Shown here: positions 1 through 10,711 of the stretch, piece after piece
Numbering within the stretch: position 1 is the stretch's first letter
Layout: each line of letters begins with the position of its first letter
Assembly (NCBI GenBank): GCA_016193315.1
Contig: JACPSJ010000001.1
Location: 535,478-599,477, forward strand
DNA from: Candidatus Kerfeldbacteria bacterium
Lineage (GTDB): Bacteria; Patescibacteriota; Patescibacteriia; SBBC01; CAIJZX01
DNA: 64,000 nt
Direction: 5' to 3'
Program-made: the position numbers and the translations under genes
The notes under the pieces: model-generated
What the model was told of the DNA's origin: nothing
The model's database searches: none
What the model saw: the letters and a program-made list of their open reading frames with translations, nothing else

Positions 1-1340
1 ACATTCGTGCGTTGTACCCTGGCGATGGCCGTCATCATATCCCGCCGGAGTGCATCCACCCCCCAGGCAGTCTGGTAGTCAGAAAGCCACTGGCGGACCC
101 AGCGCAAAGCTTCGGCCGTGCGGCGGTGGCTGCTATCCTGCGGAACAAGTGTGACCACAGAAAAACGTTTTAGATCTTCGTCCCAGCCAGCTGAGAAATA
201 GACGTTCATCAGTTCATCGACGTCGGTCAGCCTTCGAAACCGATCTTTGGCTAAACCTAGGGCACGTAGTTCCCACCCGCGAGGCCGAGCAGACCCCGGC
301 CGGCGCCAGAATGGTTGGACGGCTTGCCATAATTCATCGTCTGACAGATGACGCAGATACCATCCGTTGAACCAATCCAATTTTCGCTGATCAAAAATAG
401 CGGCGGCTGGGTTAACGTCTTCGAGGTGAAATTGTTTGACCATCTCTTCAGTCGACAGAACTTCTTCATCCCCTTTTGGATGCCATCCCATGAGCACCAG
501 AAAATTGCGCATCGCCTCTGGTCGATACCCTTGATCGCGCCAAGCCAAGGCTGGCATCGCGCCGTGCCGTTTCGAAAGCTTCTTGCGATCTGAACCCAGG
601 ATCAGTGGCACATGCGCGAACTTGGGCGGCGTCCAGCGAAGCGCTTGATACAACCAGAGGTGTTTCGGCACCGATGGCAGCCATTCTTCGGCCCGAATGA
701 CATGGCTGATGGCCATCAAATGATCATCCACCACCACGGCCAGATGATACGTCGGGAAACCGTCGCTCTTCAGAATAACGCTGTCGTCGAGTTGATCGAA
801 CCTAAAGGCGACCCGTTGTCGGATAAGATCGTGGTGAACAATCGATCCGTGAGTCGGCAAGTTAATGCGGACCACGGCCGACTCTCCCCTGCTTCGTCGT
901 CGGGCGACCGCTTCTGATGTAAGTGTCGTACAATGTTTATCATAGCGAGGTGGCAACTTCGCGGCTTGCTGCTGTTGTCGCAGTGTTTCCAAGCGAGCTG
1001 GGGTGCAAAAACAGTAGTAGGCTTTCTGACGGTCGAGTAATTCGGCCGCGTAACGTTGGTAAAGATCAAGACGCTGACTTTGCACGTACGGCCCGTACGG
1101 TCCTCCCTGGCGAGGTCCTTCATCGGGGGTTAAACCGTACCAGTCCAAAGCTTCTTCAATGCGCTGTGGGCTCCCCAGCACTAGTCGCTTCCGGTCGGTA
1201 TCTTCGATACGTAAGACGAACGTCCCACTGTGCTGGCGAGCGAAGAGCCAGTTAAACAGCCCGACCCAAATAGTCCCGATGTGGACCTCGCCGGTTGGTG
1301 AGGGGGCCAGACGAACGCGAACCAGGCTAGCGGTATTCAT
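1..1340 (-). CDS. gltX: Glutamate--tRNA ligase (3' end runs off the window)
   Basis: Not in the ORF track (no stop in window). Manual translation from ATG at 1340 gives MNTASLVRVRLAPSPTGEVHIGT...FVLRIEDTD, with KLSKR near 580-590; these are class I GluRS motifs. Confidence 0.93.
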   Translation of the reverse strand, partial: MNTASLVRVRLAPSPTGEVHIGTIWVGLFNWLFARQHSGTFVLRIEDTDRKRLVLGSPQRIEEALDWYGLTPDEGPRQGGPYGPYVQSQRLDLYQRYAAELLDRQKAYYCFCTPARLETLRQQQQAAKLPPRYDKHCTTLTSEAVARRRSRGESAVVRINLPTHGSIVHHDLIRQRVAFRFDQLDDSVILKSDGFPTYHLAVVVDDHLMAISHVIRAEEWLPSVPKHLWLYQALRWTPPKFAHVPLILGSDRKKLSKRHGAMPALAWRDQGYRPEAMRNFLVLMGWHPKGDEEVLSTEEMVKQFHLEDVNPAAAIFDQRKLDWFNGWYLRHLSDDELWQAVQPFWRRPGSARPRGWELRALGLAKDRFRRLTDVDELMNVYFSAGWDEDLKRFSVVTLVPQDSSHRRTAEALRWVRQWLSDYQTAWGVDALRRDMMTAIARVQRTN

Positions 1341-2100
1341 GGTGGCGTTTCCAAACCTCAATCACGAAGTGCCAAGTCGCGTTCCGTACTCGTTGTCGCC
1401 GCAACCGCCCATGGTAAAATTTATTGGCGGCCAGGAAAGTATACAACCATTCCAACCCAGACCGGCTGATAATGCGCGGCGGCCGCTTGACGAGGCCGGC
1501 CCAATAGTCCAATGTTCGCCCGACCCCAATGGCGAGACGAACGTCATGGAGGCTCCGGCGATGTCGGTCAATCCACAGCTCTTGCTTTGGCGCCCCCAGG
1601 GCCACGAGCACAATATCCGGGCGAACACGGTGGATCCTCTCCACCACTCGTTGGTCGTGGAGCTTCTGCCACGGCCCACGGTAGCCGGACTCGACCCCGA
1701 CGATCCGGAGGCCTGGCCAACGATGCCGTAACTGTTCGGCTGACCGTTCGGCTGCGCCGGGCAAGCCGCCAAAGAGAAAAACGCTTTTGTCCTCTTTGAC
1801 CGCCACACGCATCAGGTCCTCAGCAAAATCGATGCCGGTAATACGCTGTCGCAACCGCTGACCGGTCAAACGCGCCGCCAGGTGAAGCCCGACACCGTCA
1901 GGTATGGATAAATCGGCTCGGTTGAGGATAGCTTGAAACCTTGGGTGGGCCGTCGCTTCGAGCAGAAATTCTGGGCCCGGTGTAACCAGGTGGTGAAACC
2001 GAGGCTGCCGGAGAAATTCTCGTGCCCGGGACACGGCTTCTCGCCGGCTAAGGTTATCAATTCGGACGTCTAAAACCCGGAGTGATTTCTGCCAAGTCAT
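1327..2100 (-). CDS. WecB/TagA/CpsF family glycosyltransferase
   Basis: ADLSIPDGVG, RITGIDF, VALGAPKQELWI, GLEWLY motifs. Confidence 0.9.
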   Translation of the reverse strand: MTWQKSLRVLDVRIDNLSRREAVSRAREFLRQPRFHHLVTPGPEFLLEATAHPRFQAILNRADLSIPDGVGLHLAARLTGQRLRQRITGIDFAEDLMRVAVKEDKSVFLFGGLPGAAERSAEQLRHRWPGLRIVGVESGYRGPWQKLHDQRVVERIHRVRPDIVLVALGAPKQELWIDRHRRSLHDVRLAIGVGRTLDYWAGLVKRPPRIISRSGLEWLYTFLAANKFYHGRLRRQRVRNATWHFVIEVWKRHHEYR

Positions 2101-2139
2101 AGTTGAAGTCTACCGCCAAATGTGGTATACTACAAGACT

Positions 2140-3585
2140 ATGAGATTTTTTCTGGTGGCGGTGACGGCTACGTTGCTGATCATGTTGTGGTCCGCGTTGC
2201 CGGTTGAAGCGTCACCGACAAGTTTCAACAAAAACCTCATCGTCTACGACGATGAGTTCGAAGATTGGCAGACGCTATCCGCGGCCTGGATCCAGGCCTT
2301 CCTTAACAGCCAGCCCGGCATTCTCAAGTCGTACTCGGTCAGTGGGAAACCGGCTTCGCAAATCATTTACGAGGCGGCCCAAACATACCGCCTCAGCCCA
2401 AAAGTCATCCTGGCCAACATCCAGAAAGAGTCGAGCATGGTTACCCGGACCACCTTCCCCAGCGGTCGACAGTTCTATTTGGACTGGATCATGTTCTACG
2501 GCTGGTGCGATTCTTGCTCGACTGGTTCGCAGAAGGGATTCGTCAACCAAATTATCGCCGCCAGTAATGCTTTCCGTCGGTACCTCAACAATATCGCTGC
2601 CACTGGCCATACCGGATATGGGCCAGGCCCGTGGGGTCCAGGTATCCCCTCGGCCATCAGATGTATTGACAGTGACTACAACAGCGGACGCCAATTGTGT
2701 ACCCCCGGCACCACCACCACCATCACCCCCGTCAATCGCGCCACGGCCGCCCTCTATACCTACACACCCCATCCCGGCGGCAACTACGCTTTCTGGAAAA
2801 TTTGGCGCCAATTCCGCTTTGATCTTCTGCGTAAGTACCCGGATGGAACACTGATTCGGGCCGAACGGAGTCCAAACGTCTGGCTCATCCAGGCCGGTCA
2901 GAAGCGACGTTTCACCAATAGTGCGGCTTTTTTATCACGCTATACTTTCTCGCAGGTGATCGCCGTCCCACCGGATCACCTCTGGCTTTACCGCACCGGG
3001 ACCGAAATCTCGTACGCTAACTACTCGTTGCTTTCCTCCCCGGAAGGGGGCGTCTACCTACTCGTTGGTGATCGGAAACGTCCAATTGTTTCGCGCGCCG
3101 CCTTCCAAAATGCTGGCTTCCGTTGGGAGGAAGTGGTTCGGGTGTCGTGGCGCGAACTAAATAAATTTCCCGACGGCGATGACATCACCACCGACAATGT
3201 CTACCCCTCTGGTCGCCTGCTGCAAAATAATCGCAGTGGGGTTGTTTACTTCGTCCAAGATGGGGTTCGTCACCCCATTGCCTGTCGCGAAATGTTCCGC
3301 TCGCAATTCGGACTGCGCCGCCCGCAGCCGGTGGCGCCGGCCGAGCTGGAGCGTTATCAGTGGGGCTCGCCCGTCGGCTTCAAGGACGGCGACCTCGTTA
3401 CCGCTGGTCGCACCGCCTACGTGATCTCCAAGGGCAAAAAGCTGCCCATCGCTGATCCAGCGACCTACAACGCCTATGGCTTTAGCTGGGGCAATCTTCA
3501 GCTCGTCCCAGCACCCTGTGTTGACATTCATCCGACCGGGCGGACACTCGACGCGACCGATCCAGTCCGAATTGCCGGTCACTAG
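2140..3585 (+). CDS. Secreted/surface protein with an N-terminal catalytic-like domain and four C-terminal ~60-aa repeats
   Basis: Signal peptide; ANIQKESS and ALYTYTPH segments; repeats of the form (P)DGxLI...VYLI..GxKRPI. Confidence 0.7.
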   Translation: MRFFLVAVTATLLIMLWSALPVEASPTSFNKNLIVYDDEFEDWQTLSAAWIQAFLNSQPGILKSYSVSGKPASQIIYEAAQTYRLSPKVILANIQKESSMVTRTTFPSGRQFYLDWIMFYGWCDSCSTGSQKGFVNQIIAASNAFRRYLNNIAATGHTGYGPGPWGPGIPSAIRCIDSDYNSGRQLCTPGTTTTITPVNRATAALYTYTPHPGGNYAFWKIWRQFRFDLLRKYPDGTLIRAERSPNVWLIQAGQKRRFTNSAAFLSRYTFSQVIAVPPDHLWLYRTGTEISYANYSLLSSPEGGVYLLVGDRKRPIVSRAAFQNAGFRWEEVVRVSWRELNKFPDGDDITTDNVYPSGRLLQNNRSGVVYFVQDGVRHPIACREMFRSQFGLRRPQPVAPAELERYQWGSPVGFKDGDLVTAGRTAYVISKGKKLPIADPATYNAYGFSWGNLQLVPAPCVDIHPTGRTLDATDPVRIAGH

Positions 3586-3588
3586 CCC

Positions 3589-4365
3589 ATGCCGCTCGTC
3601 TTTGCGGCCGTTGTCCCCCACGCCCCACTCCTCGTGCCGGCCGTGGCAAAAGAACATCAACGCCTGACCGCGGCCACCCGTCAGCAGCTGGCTCGTCTGG
3701 CGGAAGAGCTCCACGCCAGCCAGCCGGACGGACTCATTCTATTTACCCCCCACGGGCCAGTTATCAATGACGTCCTAGTGGCGAACGTCGCCGACGAATA
3801 CCTCGGAGAGTTGGTTGAGTTTGGTGATCTGAAAACAAGGCTCCGCGTTCGCGGCGCGCCGTGGCTGGGGCATCGGTTCAAAGAACTAGCTGAAAGTCTT
3901 CACCTGCCGCTTCAGCTGCAAACGCTTCCTCGTCTCGATTATGGAACAACGGTGCCCTTGAAATTTCTCCTGGCCGGCCAGCCGGGACTACCCATTCTAC
4001 CACTCACTGTCGCCCATCAACCAGAATCACTCCTGGTCCGTTTCGGACGAGTCGTCTCATCTGTCGTGCAGAGTGATCGTCGTCGGTACGCGCTCGTGGC
4101 TTCGGGCGACTTGACGCGTCGGTCGGAAACTACCGCTAACTTTCAACGGCCGACGGCCGAGGAGCGGGCGATGGCCGAGGCCATCAGCCGCCTCAGTATT
4201 GATCCGTTGACGGATGTTACGATCCAACCTTCAACCTGCGGTTACCGCCCGATGTATCTCCTCCTAGCAAGTCTCCAGGGCCGGCCCGGTCGAGGAGTCA
4301 TTCGTTCGTTCGAAGCGCCACTCAAGGTCGGACTACTGACCGCTGGGTTTGAACTCAATCCATGA
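3589..4365 (+). CDS. AmmeMemoRadiSam protein B / LigB-like extradiol dioxygenase-fold protein
   Basis: VPHAPLL, TPHG, LDYGTTVPL, VASGDL, CG motifs. Confidence 0.75.
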   Translation: MPLVFAAVVPHAPLLVPAVAKEHQRLTAATRQQLARLAEELHASQPDGLILFTPHGPVINDVLVANVADEYLGELVEFGDLKTRLRVRGAPWLGHRFKELAESLHLPLQLQTLPRLDYGTTVPLKFLLAGQPGLPILPLTVAHQPESLLVRFGRVVSSVVQSDRRRYALVASGDLTRRSETTANFQRPTAEERAMAEAISRLSIDPLTDVTIQPSTCGYRPMYLLLASLQGRPGRGVIRSFEAPLKVGLLTAGFELNP

Positions 4366-6152
4366 TGACTGCCCACGTTGTCCCGATCCGGGGGTTGCCG
4401 CCAGAGCACCGGTGGTTTGAGTACTCCGTACCGACCGGCTTGACGGTGGCCCCCGGCTCACTGGTCGAGATCCCGCTCCGGCGGCAACTCATCCAGGGTA
4501 TCGTCTGGGCAGTCTCAAAGAACAAAGCTCGAGCCCTCCGACCAATCAGTCGATTGTTGGCTCCGGAAGTAGTCCTGACTCCGTGGCAACGACAGCTATG
4601 TGAAACCATCAGTGATTTGGCCGCGGTCTCCTTAGCCACGGTCGTCTCGATGTGTGCCTCGACCTTCCCCAGTCGCCGGCCCGTCACCCGAGCGACTTTC
4701 ACCTCACCGATTCCAGGCGCGCCGCAACCTCCACCCCTCCCAACCGAATCGCCGCCCACCACGAACACCTGGTGGTACGGTGACCGACGGCAGGCCATCG
4801 GCTGGCTGACCGGTTGGTTGGCCGCGGGTCCGAACCGCGTGGTGATCGTCCCAACCATTGAGGATGGATGGCGGCTTTGGCACGAGGCCCGTCGGCACGT
4901 CGCCGACCTGAGATTCATTTCCAGCCAGCTGACGCCTCGAGACCATCACTGGTTAGCTGATCAAGTTCGCCATGGTCGAGTGCAGCATCTGATTGGAACG
5001 CTTCGGGCGCTCTTCCTGCCCTACCAACGTCGCCCGGAGTTTATTATTGATCAAGAAGAACATCCGGCCCACAAGCTTCGTCAGCGACTCCCCCGACTCG
5101 ACGCGCGGCCGATCATCAGCCGGCTGACGACCACAGTAATTGCCACCTCCCCGGCGCCGACGCTCCACTGGTACTGGCGTTACCATCCGTCCCCGCCACC
5201 GCCGCGCGGCCGTCGGATGCTGGTCGCCCTCGACCGTCCGAACGCCATCCCCTGGGTCAGTCAGGAGTTGCAAAGTCTGATTGATGACCTAAAGACGGAG
5301 CAGCACCTGTTGCTCATCGTACCGCGCCGAGGTCTGGCTCGGGCTATTATCTGTCAAGACTGCGGTTGGGCCATGGCTTGTCCTTTTTGCCAGCAACGCC
5401 TGAGCCTGAACCGACAGTCGCCGCAGCTGTCGATCTGTCAGAACTGTGGACGCGAGAGCCAATGGCCAGCCATCTGCCCTCGATGCCGTGGGGTCCATTG
5501 GCAGTACGCCGGATTGGCTCTCGACCGCTTTGCCCTACAGCTGCGACGCCAGTGGCCGCAGCTCGAACTCAGTACGTCCTGGCCGCCGCTGTCCTCAGCT
5601 CGACTGTGGTTGGGTACATACCAGGTGTATAGATATTTGCTTGGCTCCCCTGCCCCGCAGGCCATCGTTCTGGTCAGCGGCGACGCCTTGCTCAACTGGC
5701 CTGATTATTCTGCCGCCGAGCGGGGGTGGCAATACTTGGCTCGCTTGGCTGCCGCCGCCCCGCGGGTCCCGCTCTGGGTTCAGACCTTCGCCCCACAAGA
5801 ACCGTTTTGGCAGCGTTGGCGGCAATCTGACCATCGGGCCTGGTATGAAGATGAAATCCATCAGCGCCGGAAGCTGCAGCTCCCGCCGTGGTCCGACCAG
5901 TGGATAGCTTTCTACCGTGGCCCTGATGCGAGGACTCAGCTGGGCCGTTTGCAACAAAGACTTCGTCGCCATTCGGCAGTTAGCTGCCATCCGCTGCCGT
6001 TGATCCCCGGCCGCAGTGGACACGACCCGACCGCTCGACTTCTGGTCAGCGGCCCACGAGACCCGGGACTGTCGGCCCTGCTGCCCCGGTCTCAATTCTT
6101 TCCCTACCCGTGGCAACTCGACACCATGGTCGACAGTTGGTTGCCAAGCTGA
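4362..6152 (+). CDS. priA: Primosomal protein N' (divergent; helicase motifs degenerate)
   Basis: N-terminal FEYSVP..GSLVEIPL; four CxxC pairs (CQDC, CPFC, CQNC, CPRC); PDY.A.ER; VQTF.P; conserved priA-def-fmt order. Confidence 0.85.
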   Translation: MMTAHVVPIRGLPPEHRWFEYSVPTGLTVAPGSLVEIPLRRQLIQGIVWAVSKNKARALRPISRLLAPEVVLTPWQRQLCETISDLAAVSLATVVSMCASTFPSRRPVTRATFTSPIPGAPQPPPLPTESPPTTNTWWYGDRRQAIGWLTGWLAAGPNRVVIVPTIEDGWRLWHEARRHVADLRFISSQLTPRDHHWLADQVRHGRVQHLIGTLRALFLPYQRRPEFIIDQEEHPAHKLRQRLPRLDARPIISRLTTTVIATSPAPTLHWYWRYHPSPPPPRGRRMLVALDRPNAIPWVSQELQSLIDDLKTEQHLLLIVPRRGLARAIICQDCGWAMACPFCQQRLSLNRQSPQLSICQNCGRESQWPAICPRCRGVHWQYAGLALDRFALQLRRQWPQLELSTSWPPLSSARLWLGTYQVYRYLLGSPAPQAIVLVSGDALLNWPDYSAAERGWQYLARLAAAAPRVPLWVQTFAPQEPFWQRWRQSDHRAWYEDEIHQRRKLQLPPWSDQWIAFYRGPDARTQLGRLQQRLRRHSAVSCHPLPLIPGRSGHDPTARLLVSGPRDPGLSALLPRSQFFPYPWQLDTMVDSWLPS

Positions 6153-6192
6153 ACTTCTCCGATCTGAACAGCGATGGTACACTACGTTGGTT

Positions 6193-6699
6193 ATGGTGGC
6201 TAACATCTTACCACTCTGGTTCCTTCGCCAGCCCGATCAAGCCCGTCTCCTCCGACTGGTGGCTGGACCGGTCGTGGTGTCGACAATTCACCAGCGCTCC
6301 TTTCAGCAATTGATCGATGACATGGCTCAGACCATGGTCCATGCTCGCGGCATCGGCTTGGCCGCTCCGCAAATCGGCCAATCCATGCGCCTGGCGGTCA
6401 TCGATGGTGGGGTGGCGCAGCAGACCGAACCACTGGTGCTCATCAACCCCGTCGTCAAGCAGTCCACGCCCAATCAGGAAGCGATGGAAGAGGGTTGTCT
6501 TTCGATCCCTGGCGTCTTCGGCCTCGTCCCGCGCCCGACCGGCTTGTCCATGACCGCCCTGGATCGACGGGGGGCAACAATTTCCCTGAACGCAGTTGGT
6601 CTGTTGGCTCGCGTCATTCAGCACGAGATCGATCATCTCAACGGTCGCCTGTTCATCGACCGGGTGACGCGAATCACAGCTGGAAAGATTCCGTCATGA
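6193..6699 (+). CDS. def: Peptide deformylase
   Basis: GIGLAAPQIG, EGCLS, QHEIDHLNG. Confidence 0.97.
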   Translation: MVANILPLWFLRQPDQARLLRLVAGPVVVSTIHQRSFQQLIDDMAQTMVHARGIGLAAPQIGQSMRLAVIDGGVAQQTEPLVLINPVVKQSTPNQEAMEEGCLSIPGVFGLVPRPTGLSMTALDRRGATISLNAVGLLARVIQHEIDHLNGRLFIDRVTRITAGKIPS

Positions 6700-7634
6700 G
6701 CTACCAATTGCTGGCTTTTGGGTCAGGCGAGTTTGGGTTACCAGTCTTTCGCGCCTTGGCCACCGACCTACGCTTTTCCTTCCGCGGCGTGGTTACCCAG
6801 CCGCCCAAACCGCGTCAGCGTGGGCAGCAGATCCAGCCCACGCCAGTTGGTCGCTGGGCCCAAGAACAGGATCTGGAAACTATCTCCCCGGCCTCGCTGC
6901 GTGGTTCCGATGTCGCCCAACAGATATCGTCTTTTCAGGCCGATCTGTTTCTGGTCATTTCGTACGGCCTCATCCTGCCGCCGAAGATACTCCAGCTTCC
7001 ACTACACGGCTCAGTCAACGTCCATGCTTCCTTACTACCGAAGTATCGCGGCCCGGCTCCGATTCCGGCCACTATTTTGGCTGGCGATACAACCACTGGG
7101 GTGACCCTCATGGTTGTCGATAAGGGCATAGACACTGGACAAATTCTCGGACAGTATCGGCTATCGGTTGCGCCTGATGATACTAGTCTGACACTAGCCG
7201 ACAAGCTCTCGTCCGTCGCCGCCCAGATCGTACCTGACACCGTCCGCGATTGGCTGGCCGGTCGACGACGTTCGTCCCCGCAACCAACCACCGGCATCAG
7301 CTACGCCCCTAAAATAAATCGCGATGACGGCCACGCGACTTGGGACTCGGCTCGGGGATGGCAACGGAAAATTAGGGCCTTCCAGCCGTGGCCGGGGGTG
7401 TGGGCGATGTGGCGTGGGCAGCGCGTAAAGCTTCTCGCGGCTGACGTCATTGTTCGTCAGCCGGACGTCCAGCCCGGAACGGTTGCGCCGCTGGCCGACG
7501 GTCGGTCGTGGGCCATTGCCTGTGATGACGGATGGCTGCAACCCCGCCGCCTCCAGTTCAGCGGCCACCGCCCACAATCAGCCGATACAATTCCTGGCAG
7601 CTATCCCGGTTGGCTAGGCTCGAAACTTGAGTGA
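6696..7634 (+). CDS. fmt: Methionyl-tRNA formyltransferase
   Basis: VVTQPPKP, NVHASLLPKYRG, DTG, IRAFQPWPG; ATGA overlap with def. Confidence 0.95.
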   Translation: MSYQLLAFGSGEFGLPVFRALATDLRFSFRGVVTQPPKPRQRGQQIQPTPVGRWAQEQDLETISPASLRGSDVAQQISSFQADLFLVISYGLILPPKILQLPLHGSVNVHASLLPKYRGPAPIPATILAGDTTTGVTLMVVDKGIDTGQILGQYRLSVAPDDTSLTLADKLSSVAAQIVPDTVRDWLAGRRRSSPQPTTGISYAPKINRDDGHATWDSARGWQRKIRAFQPWPGVWAMWRGQRVKLLAADVIVRQPDVQPGTVAPLADGRSWAIACDDGWLQPRRLQFSGHRPQSADTIPGSYPGWLGSKLE

Positions 7635-9169
7635 GGCGATCCGAGCGGACGACGGGTTTTCTCGGTGATGACAAAACCCAAGTATTTACCAAACAACATC
7701 CGGCTTTGAGCGTCGAGGGCTGGTACCGACCCAAAAATGATCATCGTCAACGGTAGGAATAGCCACTGACCAATCATCATCACCCACCGGAACCAGCGCA
7801 CGTGCTGCGGCCGAACCGGTAGGATAATAGTGCTCAGAATGGCGGACACAATCAAGCCGACCATAGCCATCGTCATCAGACTTCGCAGCATGGCCGGAGC
7901 ATTTTGGACGATGGCCGAGGTCTGGCCGCTCGCCTCGGCGCCGACGAACGGCAGCCAGCCGAGGAGAAAAATGAGAATCGGCGCCGTCGCCCACGAGTAG
8001 ATCCCCTCCCACTGAATCCAAGTATATTTCACCTTCTGGCGCCAGGGGATAGCCCGGCTCCTGACAAAATTCCAAACGGAGAAAGGAAAATTCTCCACCC
8101 CGCCGTAGGCCCAACGCTGAATCTGTCTGTATTGATTACGGATGCTCAGCCACCAACTGCCACCCTGAACCGTATCCATGGAAATCGGAAGATAGAGCGG
8201 CGTGACCGAGTACTGACCATCGTAATGTAGGAAACATTGAATGAAAATTCGCGAGTCTTCACTCACCAAGTCCGTCTGCCAAAATCCCACGTCAACCAGC
8301 GCCTGGAACGGCATACTGTGTGAAGAAAAGGTAAACAGCCGATCAGGTCTCACGGTTTCGCTGAGTAGCCAGAAAGTGGTGCTGTTCGCTACCACCCGCA
8401 TGAGGAAGAGCGCGTCCCAGATGTTATTGTGAAACACTGGAATCGGCTGATAGCTCGTCCGCCAGCGCTGGGGGTGCTTCAGAAATGTATGGGTCAGATA
8501 ACTGAAGTATTGCGGATGGGCTACGGAATCAGCGTCAAACGTTGAGACCAGAACCTGCGAGTACGGTATCCGGAGACGATCAATTTCGTCCTGCGCCCGC
8601 CGCCCGGCCCAGGCGATATTCGCCCCTTTCGCTGCCAACTCTCCGGGAATATCGGCCGGGTGTTCGACCACCATAAAACGGAAAAACTCGCGTTCATAGC
8701 GGGCTAGCAGCGCGGCGGCGTTCGGTCTGGTGCTGGTGGCGTGGCGGGCTTCGGTGGCCACGACGACCATCAGCCGGTCATGCGGATAATCAACCCGGGC
8801 CAAGGAATCAAAGGTGTTGGTCAGAACGGCCAACGGCTCAACAGACACCGGGACGATCACCAAGTGATAGACCTGACGCCATCCGGGCAGTGGCCGGAGT
8901 CGATCAAACCAGTGGACCTGACTAGCCTGGCGAAACCGGCGGAAAGCCAAAAGGACGTAGACCATGACATAGAGGACACGGACCAACCAATAGACGTCGA
9001 ACACCAGGATGAAAATGATGGCCCACAGCGGAGCGACGAGGGAGACCAGAATGGCAGCTAAGAACGTTAGCCACACTGCCAGGCCAGGCATCATCTCCAA
9101 CATCCGATATTTCGTCCGCGGACTAAGATTCCGCCACCAGATGTTCGCTCTCCAGCGTGGCCGGACCAT
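7601..9169 (-). CDS. Membrane-bound GT2 family glycosyltransferase
   Basis: KGAN, FDAD, SED and QIQRW (QxxRW) motifs; multiple TM segments. Confidence 0.85.
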   Translation of the reverse strand: MVRPRWRANIWWRNLSPRTKYRMLEMMPGLAVWLTFLAAILVSLVAPLWAIIFILVFDVYWLVRVLYVMVYVLLAFRRFRQASQVHWFDRLRPLPGWRQVYHLVIVPVSVEPLAVLTNTFDSLARVDYPHDRLMVVVATEARHATSTRPNAAALLARYEREFFRFMVVEHPADIPGELAAKGANIAWAGRRAQDEIDRLRIPYSQVLVSTFDADSVAHPQYFSYLTHTFLKHPQRWRTSYQPIPVFHNNIWDALFLMRVVANSTTFWLLSETVRPDRLFTFSSHSMPFQALVDVGFWQTDLVSEDSRIFIQCFLHYDGQYSVTPLYLPISMDTVQGGSWWLSIRNQYRQIQRWAYGGVENFPFSVWNFVRSRAIPWRQKVKYTWIQWEGIYSWATAPILIFLLGWLPFVGAEASGQTSAIVQNAPAMLRSLMTMAMVGLIVSAILSTIILPVRPQHVRWFRWVMMIGQWLFLPLTMIIFGSVPALDAQSRMLFGKYLGFVITEKTRRPLGSPHSSFEPSQPG

Positions 9170-9206
9170 GGAATTCAAACCTACCACGGGCGCCGGGCCC
9201 AGTCAA

Positions 9207-10706
9207 TCACCGAATGTGCACCAGGGGGTGAGTTCCGAGGGCAATTCGGGCCAGCGTAATTCGTTCTCGACTATAGCTATAGAGCGTATAGAGTTTGTCG
9301 CCGCGGCGAACACGCTGCCCAAGTTTACGGTGTAAGTAAATGCCGGCCAGCTTACGCTCGGGGGCGCCCAGAGTTCGTGCCACCTCGTCCATCGAACGAT
9401 TGTTGACTCCAGTGATCACCCCCGATCTCGTCGCCCATACTCGCCAGGTCTGAGCCCCGAGAGCCACATCATTCGCGTCAATATCGGGGCTACCTCCTTG
9501 GGCTCGAATAATGGACTGCATTGATCGCCAGGCCTGCCCCGAACGCAGGATCTGATCGCATCGTTGCCGGGCCTGACGATAGGAAGCTAAGCCCGTCAAA
9601 GCGACTAGTTCGGCCGACAAGTCAATCGCCTTGAGTTCCAAGTCTTTCGGTCGAATAGTTTTCTGTTGTAACACCCGTAACACATCCCGCGCCTCGAGGG
9701 CCGGTCCAATCCCATGACCAACCGGCTGTCGAGCGATGTCAAACCGGACCTTGACTCGCATTCGAAAGGCGCGGCCGACGGCTAAGAATTTTCGCTTGAT
9801 CATCTCCGCCATCCGCCGATCGGGGATCTTAGTCTCCGGTCCATACGGCAGGTCGATAACTAAGTACCGAATGCCCATCGCTACCTTCTTGGCCATAATG
9901 CTGACAATCATCTTGTCGTAGGGCTCGAGAGACATGGGGCGGGAGACGCGGATGATGATGTCATCAACCGGAGCGATGCTCAATCCCCCACCCCAGATCA
10001 GGCAGCCGTTGGTGGCGGTGACAATTCGCCGTACCGCCTGGCCGGAAAAACTGACTGGCGCCAAAACCTCCATCGTATCAGCCGTCCCGGCCGGGGAGGT
10101 GATCGCGCGGGATGAAGTCTTGGGGATAGTTAATCCCCAGGCGGCGATGATCGGCACGGTCACCAGGGTGGTCCGGTTACCCGCCAAACCACCAACTGAG
10201 TGTTTGTCGACCACCCACCGACCGGGCCAGGAAAACGTTTCGCCTGACTCGGCCATGGCTTCGACCATCCAAATGAGTTCGCGGAGCGAATACGGCCGAA
10301 CGTAGCCGGAAGCCACAAAGTATGTCGTTTCGACGGAACCGATATTGTGGCTAGCAATATCGTTCATAATCGAGCGGATTTCCGTCCGTGAAATCGGTTG
10401 GCCCAACAGTTTCTTCTTGATCGCGGCCACTGACGTCGGGCGCGAGACCAGTTCAATAGTCAGGGGCTGACCGTTGCGGGCGCGGAGCAGGTGCCAGACT
10501 TCATCAAATAACCCGATCTCGCCGTGACGAATCGACTGGTGGGTGATGTCCGCGACCACATTGAGGGACACCCGGCCGAATCTAATCCGTAGGCGATCAC
10601 CAGGATTGATGCCAAAAGCGGACGCGTCATGGCCACGTAGCACAACGATGCGGGTATCATTGCCTGTCCGAATATCCATCCGCCGGATTTTGAGGACAAA
10701 AGCCAT
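9207..10706 (-). CDS. AMP phosphorylase (archaeal-type thymidine phosphorylase family)
   Basis: DKHSVGGLAGNRTT, PKTSSRAITSPAGTAD, SIMAKK, GIGPALEARDVL; N-terminal extension typical of AMP phosphorylase. Confidence 0.9.
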   Translation of the reverse strand: MAFVLKIRRMDIRTGNDTRIVVLRGHDASAFGINPGDRLRIRFGRVSLNVVADITHQSIRHGEIGLFDEVWHLLRARNGQPLTIELVSRPTSVAAIKKKLLGQPISRTEIRSIMNDIASHNIGSVETTYFVASGYVRPYSLRELIWMVEAMAESGETFSWPGRWVVDKHSVGGLAGNRTTLVTVPIIAAWGLTIPKTSSRAITSPAGTADTMEVLAPVSFSGQAVRRIVTATNGCLIWGGGLSIAPVDDIIIRVSRPMSLEPYDKMIVSIMAKKVAMGIRYLVIDLPYGPETKIPDRRMAEMIKRKFLAVGRAFRMRVKVRFDIARQPVGHGIGPALEARDVLRVLQQKTIRPKDLELKAIDLSAELVALTGLASYRQARQRCDQILRSGQAWRSMQSIIRAQGGSPDIDANDVALGAQTWRVWATRSGVITGVNNRSMDEVARTLGAPERKLAGIYLHRKLGQRVRRGDKLYTLYSYSRERITLARIALGTHPLVHIR

Positions 10707-10711
10707 GCCCC

